NCBI GenBank assembly: GCA_015493635.1
Contig: WGCU01000079.1
Coordinates: 23,674 to 87,673 of the forward strand
DNA length: 64,000 bases
Source of the DNA: Spirochaetaceae bacterium
Lineage (GTDB): Bacteria > Spirochaetota > Spirochaetia > B11-G9
Direction of reading: 5' to 3'
Shown piece after piece: positions 27,497 through 36,483 of this stretch (position 1 is its first letter; every line of letters begins with the position of its first letter). Both the position numbers and the translations under genes were made by a program. The notes beneath the pieces are model-generated. The model searched no databases. It had not been told where the DNA came from and saw only the letters and a program-made list of their open reading frames with translations.

Positions 27497-29014
27497 ATGA
27501 GCGGAAACGGAAAAAAATCGAGTTGGGTTATATACCCGATTGGTAGCAAGCCTCATATGGGACTTGCCTTTCTTCTGGGATTACAGCAGTACCTTACCAT
27601 GTTTGGTGCTACTGTACTCATCCCCTTTATCGTAGGCGGAGCAATGAAAATGCCGCAGGACCAGCTGGCACTTCTTATCTCTACGATGTTCTTTGTGTCT
27701 GGTATTACAACCCTTCTGCAGCAGTCTCCCCTTGGGAACAGACTGCCGATTGTTCAGGGTGGTACCTTCTCATTTTTAGGGCCTATGTTTGCCATTGTCG
27801 GCATGGTAGCAGCCAAGAAACTTGGATGGCAGGTTATGATTCAGCAGGTTAGTGCTGCAGTCATGTTTGCTTCTTCTTTTGAAATTATACTTGGGTATAC
27901 CGGTCTTATGGGGCTTATCAAACGGGCTATCAGCCCTATAGCTATTGCTCCGACTATTGCAATGATCGGACTTGCACTGTACGGAATCGGAGCTCCCTGG
28001 ATGGCAGGGAACTGGGTTATCTCTCTGACAACCCTTACGGTACTTGTTTTGTATTCGCAGGTTTTCTCCCGGAAATCAAAAGTATTTTTACTTTTTCCGG
28101 TACTGCTTGCCATATTAACAGGATGGATACTGGCTCTCATTGGAACAGCATTGGGATGGATTCCAAAAGGGAATCCCGCCAACCTTGCCGATGGTATTGG
28201 TCTTATAAAAGCAGCTCCCTGGATTTCTTTCAGGCCTATGCTTCCTTTTAAATGGGGATTTCCTCAGCTTAACGCGATAACCCTTGCAGGATCTCTCGGG
28301 ATGCTGGCCGGGTATCTCGGTTCCATGGTTGAGTCCATTGGTGATTACTATGCATGTGCACGAATGGCTGAAGCCCCCGTACCAACAGAAAAAATGATCT
28401 CCAAGGGTCTTGGTGCAGAAGGTCTTGGTTGTTTTATAGCAAGTCTGTTTCAGACTGGTAACGGAACAACTTCCTATTCAGAAAATATCGGTTCAATCGG
28501 TCTTACCCATGTAGCCAGCCGCCGTGTTATCAGGGCTGGTGCTGTAATCATGCTGGTACTTCCTCTGTTCGGTAAGTTCGGTGCTGCTCTTGCAACTCTT
28601 CCTCATCCGGTAATCGGTGCAATGTTTGTCGGTATGTTCGGTCTTATTGCAGCGGTTGGACTTTCCAATCTGCAGTTTGTAAACCTTAACAACTCCCGCA
28701 ACCTTTTTATTGTTGGGCTCTCCTTCTTTGCCGGGTTAAGTTTCCCTGCTCAGTTTAATGCTCATGCAATAAGCTGGGGGACCTCCGGTTCTCTGGTAAA
28801 TGTACTGGGAGCTATTCTTCAGACAATTCTTACCACCGGTATGGCGGTAACCGCAATTGTTGCAATTACCCTTGATAACCTTATTCCAGGGGCAACGAAA
28901 GCGGAGCGAGGGCTGGAGTACTGGGAAAGCGAAGCCAGTGACGAAGCCTGGGAAAAAGCTGAAGCGGAATGGGCCAAGATGGCTATTGGTGAAGAAATTC
29001 CTCTTTCACAGTAA
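27497..29014 (+). CDS. NCS2-family nucleobase:cation symporter (uracil/xanthine permease)
   Basis: 505 aa, about 13 TM, xanthine/uracil permease family signature region. Confidence 0.85.
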   Translation: MSGNGKKSSWVIYPIGSKPHMGLAFLLGLQQYLTMFGATVLIPFIVGGAMKMPQDQLALLISTMFFVSGITTLLQQSPLGNRLPIVQGGTFSFLGPMFAIVGMVAAKKLGWQVMIQQVSAAVMFASSFEIILGYTGLMGLIKRAISPIAIAPTIAMIGLALYGIGAPWMAGNWVISLTTLTVLVLYSQVFSRKSKVFLLFPVLLAILTGWILALIGTALGWIPKGNPANLADGIGLIKAAPWISFRPMLPFKWGFPQLNAITLAGSLGMLAGYLGSMVESIGDYYACARMAEAPVPTEKMISKGLGAEGLGCFIASLFQTGNGTTSYSENIGSIGLTHVASRRVIRAGAVIMLVLPLFGKFGAALATLPHPVIGAMFVGMFGLIAAVGLSNLQFVNLNNSRNLFIVGLSFFAGLSFPAQFNAHAISWGTSGSLVNVLGAILQTILTTGMAVTAIVAITLDNLIPGATKAERGLEYWESEASDEAWEKAEAEWAKMAIGEEIPLSQ

Positions 29015-29038
29015 AAGATTTTCTATTGAAAATATTTG

Positions 29039-29076
29039 GAAATGAGGCAGTGTCTACTGTCTCATTTCTTTTTTTA
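29039..29076 (+). terminator. Rho-independent terminator
   Basis: AATGAGGCAG-tgtcta-CTGTCTCATT hairpin plus TCTTTTTTT. Confidence 0.75.
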
Positions 29077-29131
29077 TCTGTATAATTTATCTGTATAATT
29101 TTATTCAATGATATAATTCCGGAGGGTTCGT

Positions 29132-29512
29132 ATGTCTTCTTTTATGCGTAAATTTCTTTATTTTACCCTTGCTTTTCTGATGATTATTGATTTTTATCTT
29201 ATCTTTAACGCGGGAAATCCGAACTCTCTTTTACGGTATCTTATTAAAGATACAGGATACGATGTTACCGTTACCGTATTTGTTTCCATTATAATTGCGG
29301 TGATCTCACTGTTCATGATGGGCGGCAGTAATCAAAATACGATAAAAAAGATGCTGGAAAGGAACGATCAGCATATTTCAGAACTAAAAAACCAAAACAG
29401 GAGTGATGAGGAAATAGCAGAATCCTTTTTAAAGGAGCTGGGCGCTGTAAAGGGTCTGTCTCACTTTATTTTAAAAAAGAGAGTTCTGCGTTATCTCTCG
29501 AAAAGAAAATGA
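29132..29512 (+). CDS. Hypothetical small membrane protein (2 TM)
   Basis: ORF with GGAGGG RBS. No recognisable domain. Confidence 0.55.
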   Translation: MSSFMRKFLYFTLAFLMIIDFYLIFNAGNPNSLLRYLIKDTGYDVTVTVFVSIIIAVISLFMMGGSNQNTIKKMLERNDQHISELKNQNRSDEEIAESFLKELGAVKGLSHFILKKRVLRYLSKRK

Positions 29513-30024
29513 ATATATTAAACGGTGGAAATATAAGTACTTTTGTTATCGGCGGACTTTTTATGGGTTTTGTTCTCTTGATTGCATTCATCAGAAATGT
29601 TGAAGCAAAGAATCTGAGAAAAAAACTTGGAAAAGGTGAAATTCTCATGAGCGGCTTTAATGTTCACTATTACGGGGTTGAATCTGAGCCGAAAATGCCT
29701 TTTAACAGTATGGGCGCTCTCGGTTTAACGAGGGAAGGGCTGTACTACTGTTCACGTTTTTTAAAACGGGAACTTTTTATTCCCGGAAACCAGTTTTCTT
29801 CGATCTCGGTAACTGATGATTTTAAAGGGAAAAATATGTACGGTAATGTTGTTGTTTTTAACTTTATCAATGATAAGGGAGAACGTGACCGGGCAGCGTT
29901 TAGAATACCCTATCCTGAGCGCTGGTCAAAAGCAATTACTGATCTGTTTTTAAAAAAAGGTTCAAATCAGAATATTATCTCCTACGATGTAATCAAGGAT
30001 GCAAAAAAAAAGAAAGGTAACTGA
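29509..30024 (+). CDS. Hypothetical membrane-anchored protein
   Basis: ATGA overlap with the upstream ORF. One TM, then a soluble domain of unknown function. Confidence 0.55.
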   Translation: MNILNGGNISTFVIGGLFMGFVLLIAFIRNVEAKNLRKKLGKGEILMSGFNVHYYGVESEPKMPFNSMGALGLTREGLYYCSRFLKRELFIPGNQFSSISVTDDFKGKNMYGNVVVFNFINDKGERDRAAFRIPYPERWSKAITDLFLKKGSNQNIISYDVIKDAKKKKGN

Positions 30025-30071
30025 TTCAGGAGCGTTTAAATGACAAAATCTGTTCCTGAGAAGTATAAATT

Positions 30072-30887
30072 ATGAGATCTGAAATTTCTGCAGAGTACAA
30101 AGGGTCCTTTCTTGCCAGTGAATCATGGAAGGGTAGGATTCAGTCAATCTATTCAAAGGCGGTAAATCTTTTACACCCTTCGGGGATACTTGTATCGGTA
30201 GTAGCAGGACTCGAAGATATCAGTGATTACGGCCTTGCCGTAAGGGATTTCAATTCCTTTGTTTCAAGGATATCAGGGGACAGCCGGTTCCTGTGGAAGG
30301 GTAGCCGCATTGTCTTTGATGGTGCGGTTCTTGATATGGAGGATGCTGCTGTATGGTCGGGCCGTGTAATACATAATTCGGGGGGATTTCCGGTGGACTT
30401 GATTTCTGAAAAAGAAGCCTTTATCGAACTTGCCGCTGAAGAGGGGTTCTCTCCGCTTGTAACAATGAGAGAGGGAAATCTGTATTCCCGGGCAGCCAGC
30501 AGGGTGCTGAATAATGCGGCCGGATCAGTCAATCCATCTAAAGGTTCAATGCTTGAACTGGGGTCTCTGATTGGTATGGGAGTGGGATTTACCCCCTCGG
30601 GGGATGATTTTCTCACAGGAATAATGCTCTATGAAGCTGTTACAGGAAGAAGATTGTTATCAAAAACTGATATCAGGAAAAATCTTGGCCGTACTACAGA
30701 CGGAGGAAGAACGCTGCTGTCCCTGGCATTGGCTGATTCCTTCCCTTTTTATATGAAACAGTTTGCCGAGGTATTGCATCAGCAAGGTTATTCTCCTCAT
30801 GAAGCTATAAAAAAAGCGCTCAAACATGGAGCTACATCCGGAAGCGATGCCCTTACAGGATTTTTCTGGGCAGCGGAATTAAATTAA
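30072..30887 (+). CDS. ylbF: DUF2877 protein, YlbF/AllH-like (third subunit of the FdrA-YlbE-YlbF oxamate carbamoyltransferase-type complex)
   Basis: 271 aa. GMGVGFTPSGDDFLTG motif characteristic of DUF2877. Confidence 0.7.
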   Translation: MRSEISAEYKGSFLASESWKGRIQSIYSKAVNLLHPSGILVSVVAGLEDISDYGLAVRDFNSFVSRISGDSRFLWKGSRIVFDGAVLDMEDAAVWSGRVIHNSGGFPVDLISEKEAFIELAAEEGFSPLVTMREGNLYSRAASRVLNNAAGSVNPSKGSMLELGSLIGMGVGFTPSGDDFLTGIMLYEAVTGRRLLSKTDIRKNLGRTTDGGRTLLSLALADSFPFYMKQFAEVLHQQGYSPHEAIKKALKHGATSGSDALTGFFWAAELN

Positions 30888-30915
30888 TTATTTTCCCTAT
30901 TTATGCTAAAATAAA

Positions 30916-30944
30916 ATTGACAAGATAGAAAAGTATGGTATACT
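30916..30944 (+). promoter_or_regulatory. sigma70 promoter of the molybdo-hydroxylase operon
   Basis: TTGACA (30916-30921), 17 nt spacer, TATACT (30939-30944). Confidence 0.6.
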
Positions 30945-31081
30945 TATTTTTTGCTCCTGTGAAAAAAATCGACTGATTGGTATTTATAAAATACTTTCGT
31001 CGGTTTTTTTCATTTTTCGTAACAATGAAAGGAATTAAAAAAGGGAGTTGAAAATAAAAAATTTTTTATGGAGGATATATT

Positions 31082-31963
31082 GTGGAAAATTTTCGTTACT
31101 TGAAGCCTGCCGCAATTGATAAGGCTCTTTCCCTGAAAAAAGAGCTTGGCAGTAAAGCACGATTCCTTCTTGGCGGAACAGATTTGTTTATTCAGATGGA
31201 CAAGGGGTTTGTTGTTCCCGAAACGGTGATAGATCTTAAGGGTATTGATGAACTTAAGGGTATCGAAAAGAAGGATGGGTACGTATATGTTGGAGCGAGA
31301 GTTACATGGACTCAATTAATTGAATCTGACCTGATCAGGAAAGAATTCCCGGCACTCTGGGAAGCTTCTGACATCGTCGCATCTGTTGGTGTACGGAATA
31401 CAGGAACCCTTGTCGGGAATATCTGCAATGCTGTTCCTTCTCTGGAAGGAGGCTCTCCGCTGCTGGCATACAACGCAGCTGTTTTGGTAAAGAGTTCCCA
31501 GGGAGAAAGAGAGATCCCGGCAGCTGACTTTTTTACCGGAGTTAAAAAAACGGCACTTGCTGATGATGAGATGGTAACGGGAGTGAAAATTCCTGTTAAA
31601 AACGGTAAATTCGGTGAAGTTTACGTAAAAATGGGAAGATATGAAGGTGAAGATCTTGCTCAGGCAGGTGTTGCGGTTGTTGTTGATGATAAAAATAACT
31701 ACCGGATTGCGCTGAATGCTGTTGCTCCTACTCCTGTACGGGCTGAGAAAGCAGAAGCTCTTCTTTCAGGTAAGAAGCTGGACGAAAGTCTTGCTGAAAA
31801 AGCCGCGGAACTGGCGCTTGAAAGTATTTCTCCCATTTCCGACATTCGTTCAAGTAAGGAATACCGGCTTCATATGTGCCGGGTTATGGTTAAACGTGCT
31901 TTGATGGCAAGTGTTTCCCGTATGGAAACAGGTAAGCCTGCTTTAAACACACGGTTGATATAA
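31082..31963 (+). CDS. Xanthine dehydrogenase family FAD-binding subunit (CoxM/XdhB-like)
   Basis: GTG start after GGAGGA. FAD_binding_5 pattern GGTDL...; 293 aa. Confidence 0.85.
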   Translation: MENFRYLKPAAIDKALSLKKELGSKARFLLGGTDLFIQMDKGFVVPETVIDLKGIDELKGIEKKDGYVYVGARVTWTQLIESDLIRKEFPALWEASDIVASVGVRNTGTLVGNICNAVPSLEGGSPLLAYNAAVLVKSSQGEREIPAADFFTGVKKTALADDEMVTGVKIPVKNGKFGEVYVKMGRYEGEDLAQAGVAVVVDDKNNYRIALNAVAPTPVRAEKAEALLSGKKLDESLAEKAAELALESISPISDIRSSKEYRLHMCRVMVKRALMASVSRMETGKPALNTRLI

Positions 31964-31976
31964 AGGAGTATCTACG

Positions 31977-32453
31977 ATGAATCATACGGTGAAATTTAAC
32001 TTAAACGGTTCTCCTGTAGAAGTACAGGTGAAATCCAATGAGAAGCTGCTGGATGTACTGAGGGATAAACTCGGTGTAACCAGCCCGAAGTTTGGATGCG
32101 GTGTCGGTGAATGCGGTGCCTGTACTGTTTTAATAGACGGTCTTTCGGTACGTTCATGCATAACCTTCGCGGTTGAAGTTGAGGGTAAGAACGTTGTAAG
32201 CCTTGAGGGACTTCAGGCTGATGGTCCGACAAAGATCCAGAAGGCTTTTATTAAAAATAACGCGTTCCAGTGCGGTTTTTGTGCACCAGGATTTGTAATG
32301 AGCGCGACAGAGCTTATTGAAAAGAATCCTTCACCCACAGAAGAAGAAATACGCCATGCTCTGGCAGGAAATCTCTGCCGCTGCACGGGATACAAGAATA
32401 TTGTTGATGCAATGAATGAGGTGTCCCAGGAAAATAAAGAGGAGGGGCGATAA
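31977..32453 (+). CDS. Xanthine dehydrogenase family [2Fe-2S] subunit (CoxS/XdhC-like)
   Basis: CGVGECGACTV and CGFCAPGF cluster motifs; 158 aa. Confidence 0.9.
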   Translation: MNHTVKFNLNGSPVEVQVKSNEKLLDVLRDKLGVTSPKFGCGVGECGACTVLIDGLSVRSCITFAVEVEGKNVVSLEGLQADGPTKIQKAFIKNNAFQCGFCAPGFVMSATELIEKNPSPTEEEIRHALAGNLCRCTGYKNIVDAMNEVSQENKEEGR

Positions 32454-34804
32454 TGAAAGAAGAATTAAAAGTTGTCGGTCATAATGCAGTACGACTCGAC
32501 ATCCTTGAGAAGGTAACCGGCGCCGCTGAATATACGGATGATCTGGCATTCGGGCCAAATCTACTCCATATGGCTGTTCTGAGCAGTCCCCATGCGCATG
32601 CGAAAATCCTCAGTATCGATACTTCGGAGGCAGAAAAACTTCCCGGAGTTCATGCTGTTCTGACGGGAAAAGACTTTCCTGAAAAATTCGGTCTTTATTT
32701 AAAAGACAAATCCATCTTTGCTGTTGACAGAGTACGTCAGGTTGGTGAGCAGGTGGCCGGAGTTGTTGCTTCGACATACGAAATTGCACGGAACGCGTGT
32801 AAACGTATTAAGGTTGAATATGAAGTGCTTCCGGAGATTCATGATCCGTACGATTCCATAAAGGAAGATGCAATTCTTATTCATCCGGATCTCGGAAACT
32901 ATGAAATTGAACCCTGGCTTGACGCGCAGCCGGGTACCAATATTGCCCATTTAAGAAAAATCAGGAAGGGTGATGTTGAAAAGGGTTTTGAAGAAGCGGA
33001 TGTCATTGTAGAGGGAGAATATCATATCCCCCATGTTGCACATACCTGTATTGAGACTCATATCAGTGTATCCAAATTCAGCATGGATGGACGTCTGACC
33101 ATGTGGAACTCTACTCAGTCTCCCCATACACAGCGGAACATTATGGCGCATTCCCTCGGTATACCGCACAAAAACGTCAGGGTTATAGCACCCCCCATCG
33201 GCGGCGGATTCGGCGGAAAAGCCGGTATTTCCATGGAAGTAATGGCTGCTGCAGGTGCGAAAGCGTGTCCCGGTCACCCGGTGAAACTGAGATGGACCCG
33301 GGAGGAAGAATTCTATAATTCTTCCCAGCGGACAGGACTCCGTAACAAGGTAAAGATGGGTTTCAAAAAGAACGGTAAGCTTGTCGCGATAAAGCACCAG
33401 ATGTTCTGGGATGTCGGTGCATCCGCTGAATACGGTTCCAATGTTGTTAACGCAACGGGATTTTCCGCTACCGGTCCATACTATATCCCCAACGTTTATA
33501 TTGATTCCTATGCCTGTTATACCAACAATCCGATTTGTTCAGCATACCGCGGGTTCGGTTACTCTGAATTCTCTTTTGGTATTGAAAGTACCATGGATAG
33601 AGCAGCAAAGAAGATGGGTTTTGATCCTGTTGAACTGAGGAAAATTAATGCCATCAAGGAAGGTGAAGGGGTTGCATACGATGTACCCATGAATCCTAAC
33701 GGGCTTATTGAATGTATTGATAAGGTAGCAAAGGAAATTGAATGGGGAAAGGAAGAAAAATCTGATGATCCCAACAAGATCATTGCGAAAGGGTTTGCTT
33801 CCGTATGGAAAGCTCCGGCCATGCCGGCGAATGAATCTTCCAGTGCCTTTATCAAGTTTTCGGAAGATGGAAGCATCAATGTCCTTGTTTCCGGAATGGA
33901 TCTCGGTCAGGGATTTCTTACTGCCATGGCTAAAATTGCTGCGGAAGTACTGGGGCTTACTCTTGATAAGGTCCGTGTTGAATTACCCGATACTGACCGG
34001 AATCCCTATGAATGGCAGACTGTTGCTTCCCATGTAACATGGAGCTGCGGTAACGCGGTAAAACGCGCTGCTATTGATGCCAAAAACAAGATTCTGGATA
34101 TTGTTCAGCGTGCTCATTTTATTGACAAGAGTCAGCTTTATCTTGAAGATAACGGGGTTAAATGTACAACCCAGGAATCATTCTTTATTCCTTATTCAGA
34201 CTTTGTCATAACCGGTATTCAGACTGAGCATAACACCTGGATCGGCGGACCTATTCTTGGAAGCGGAATGTTTATGCCTGAGTACACCAATGCCATGGTA
34301 AATCCGGAAACCGGTCTTGGTGGGCATCCAATGGTTCATTATACCGTTGGTGCCGGTGCGGTGAAAATTGAGATTGATAAGGAAACAGGCCGGATAAAGG
34401 TCCTTAAGATGGCAGAGGCCTTTGACCTCGGAAAGGCTATAAATCCCGACCTTGCCAAAGATCAGATTGTCGGTGGTTTTGTTCAGGGAATGGGAACCGC
34501 GTTATGGGAAGAATGTATCTTTGATGAAAAAGGCAAGATGCTTAATGACGGATTTACCGATTACAAGATCCCTACAATTCTTGATGTTCCCCGGGATATG
34601 AATCCAATTCTTGTAGAAGTTCCCCAGCCTGACGGACCTTATGGGGCTCGGGGACATTCCGAGCATACGATGATTCCTGTCATGCCTGCTGTAGCCAATG
34701 CAGTGGCAAACGGTCTCGGTGTCAGGATTACCGATGTACCGGTAACCGCGGAAAAGATTGTCATGAGAATGGGAAAACCGGAGTTTATGGAAGAGAAAAA
34801 ATAA
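32453..34804 (+). CDS. Xanthine dehydrogenase family molybdopterin-binding large subunit
   Basis: 783 aa. Ald_Xan_dh_C / C2 domain pattern. Start overlaps the stop of the FeS subunit. Confidence 0.9.
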   Translation: MKEELKVVGHNAVRLDILEKVTGAAEYTDDLAFGPNLLHMAVLSSPHAHAKILSIDTSEAEKLPGVHAVLTGKDFPEKFGLYLKDKSIFAVDRVRQVGEQVAGVVASTYEIARNACKRIKVEYEVLPEIHDPYDSIKEDAILIHPDLGNYEIEPWLDAQPGTNIAHLRKIRKGDVEKGFEEADVIVEGEYHIPHVAHTCIETHISVSKFSMDGRLTMWNSTQSPHTQRNIMAHSLGIPHKNVRVIAPPIGGGFGGKAGISMEVMAAAGAKACPGHPVKLRWTREEEFYNSSQRTGLRNKVKMGFKKNGKLVAIKHQMFWDVGASAEYGSNVVNATGFSATGPYYIPNVYIDSYACYTNNPICSAYRGFGYSEFSFGIESTMDRAAKKMGFDPVELRKINAIKEGEGVAYDVPMNPNGLIECIDKVAKEIEWGKEEKSDDPNKIIAKGFASVWKAPAMPANESSSAFIKFSEDGSINVLVSGMDLGQGFLTAMAKIAAEVLGLTLDKVRVELPDTDRNPYEWQTVASHVTWSCGNAVKRAAIDAKNKILDIVQRAHFIDKSQLYLEDNGVKCTTQESFFIPYSDFVITGIQTEHNTWIGGPILGSGMFMPEYTNAMVNPETGLGGHPMVHYTVGAGAVKIEIDKETGRIKVLKMAEAFDLGKAINPDLAKDQIVGGFVQGMGTALWEECIFDEKGKMLNDGFTDYKIPTILDVPRDMNPILVEVPQPDGPYGARGHSEHTMIPVMPAVANAVANGLGVRITDVPVTAEKIVMRMGKPEFMEEKK

Positions 34805-34807
34805 AGC

Positions 34808-34839
34808 AGTCACTCTTATTTTAGAGTGAGCTGTTTTTC
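34808..34839 (+). terminator. Rho-independent terminator/attenuator after the large subunit
   Basis: TCACTC-ttatttta-GAGTGA hairpin plus GCTGTTTTT. A second GC-rich hairpin at 34877-34900 lacks a T-run. Confidence 0.55.
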
Positions 34840-34923
34840 ACAAAAGGTGACGGCAGTTTATGCTGTCATCAAATCGAAGCCCCTCGAAGGAGGGGCTTTA
34901 CCGATTACGTATCAGGAGGAATT

Positions 34924-36483
34924 GTGAAACGAGTATTAGTTGAAAAAGATTCGTATTATGACTCTGTATTCCTAATGTTGATTAACCGTGAGGTTAAAGA
35001 GATTGAAGGTGTTACAGATGCTGTTGTATCAATGGGTACCGATGTAAACGTGACGCTGCTGAAAGAAACAGGGCTGGCAGACAAAGAAATTGAGGGGGTT
35101 ACTCCCAACGATCTCATCGTAGCCGTTGAAGGGAAGAGTGATGAGGTTGTTGAAGCTGCAATTGCCAAGGCAAAAGAGCTTCTTGATCAGAAGAGCTCCG
35201 CAATGGATGAAAACGGCGGAACAAAAATTTACAGCCTCGAAGGGGCGCTTGATGTTGTTCCGGACGCAAACCTGGCTATCATATCACTTCCCGGAGAATT
35301 TGCTCCGCGGGAAGTAAAAAAAGCCTTACGCAGCGGACTTCATGTTATGCTTTTTTCTGATAATGTATCTGTTGAAAGTGAAATTGAGCTGAAAAACCTT
35401 GCAAAAGAGAAGGGCCTTCTTATGATGGGGCCTGACTGTGGTACTGCTATTATAAATGGAAAACCCCTCTGTTTTGCGAATGTTGTCAGACCCGGTGATA
35501 TTGGGGTTGTTGGAGCTTCAGGGACTGGTTTGCAGGAAATTACCTGTACCATTGAAAAATTCGGTGCAGGTATTACCCAGGGAATAGGTACCGGCGGCCG
35601 TGATCTTAAAAATGCCAAAATAGGCGGGACCATGATGCTTATGGGGATTGAGGCCTTGAAGAATGATGATGCGACTAACGTTATCGTTGTTGTATCAAAG
35701 CCTCCCGCTGAGGAAGTTGCTGTTAAGGTAATTGATGCTCTGCGAAAAACCGGAAAGCCTTCGGTAGTTCATTTTATCGGTATGGAACCGGGAAAGCAGG
35801 AAGGAAACCTTTACTACGCGGGTAATCTGGAAGAAGCTGCCGGTATGGCCGCTGCTCTTTCTAAGGGAGAAACCTACCAGAAGCGCACCTATACCCTCGA
35901 CCGCTCGGAAATTGATGCCATCATTGAACGGGAAACGAAAAAGATGTCCTCGAAACAAAAGTATATCCGGGGACTCTATACCGGCGGTACCCTTGCGGAT
36001 GAAGCGCTTATCATGTTTGACCGTGAAATCGGGGGAATTTATTCGAACAATCAGTCTAAAGAAGCGTTCATTCCTCCGGATCCCAACAAATCAGTAAAAC
36101 ATACCATTGTTGATCTTGGGGATGATGTTTATACGGTCGGCCGTCCTCATCCGATGATTGATCCTAGTACCCGGGAAGACCGGATTCGAATTGAGGCTGA
36201 AGATGAAGAGATGGCAGTTATGTTGCTTGATATCGTTCTTGGATATGGCTCCCATGAGGATCCTGCCGGTGCTATACTTGATTCTTTGCGTGATGCCAAG
36301 AAAAAAGCAGCGGATAGAGGCGGTTATCTCTCAATAGTAACCTCAATTACCGGGACCGAGGGGGATTTCCAAAATATATACGAGACAAAAAAGAAACTGG
36401 AATCTATTGGATGTGTTGTGATGCCTTCTAACTTTCAGGCTTCAACACTGGCGTTGGAAATTATGAGAAAGGTGGAAAAATAA
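34924..36483 (+). CDS. fdrA: FdrA-family protein (succinyl-CoA-synthetase-like; AllF-type subunit)
   Basis: 519 aa. GTG start after AGGAGG. CoA-binding/ligase-CoA domain pattern of FdrA. Confidence 0.85.
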   Translation: MKRVLVEKDSYYDSVFLMLINREVKEIEGVTDAVVSMGTDVNVTLLKETGLADKEIEGVTPNDLIVAVEGKSDEVVEAAIAKAKELLDQKSSAMDENGGTKIYSLEGALDVVPDANLAIISLPGEFAPREVKKALRSGLHVMLFSDNVSVESEIELKNLAKEKGLLMMGPDCGTAIINGKPLCFANVVRPGDIGVVGASGTGLQEITCTIEKFGAGITQGIGTGGRDLKNAKIGGTMMLMGIEALKNDDATNVIVVVSKPPAEEVAVKVIDALRKTGKPSVVHFIGMEPGKQEGNLYYAGNLEEAAGMAAALSKGETYQKRTYTLDRSEIDAIIERETKKMSSKQKYIRGLYTGGTLADEALIMFDREIGGIYSNNQSKEAFIPPDPNKSVKHTIVDLGDDVYTVGRPHPMIDPSTREDRIRIEAEDEEMAVMLLDIVLGYGSHEDPAGAILDSLRDAKKKAADRGGYLSIVTSITGTEGDFQNIYETKKKLESIGCVVMPSNFQASTLALEIMRKVEK

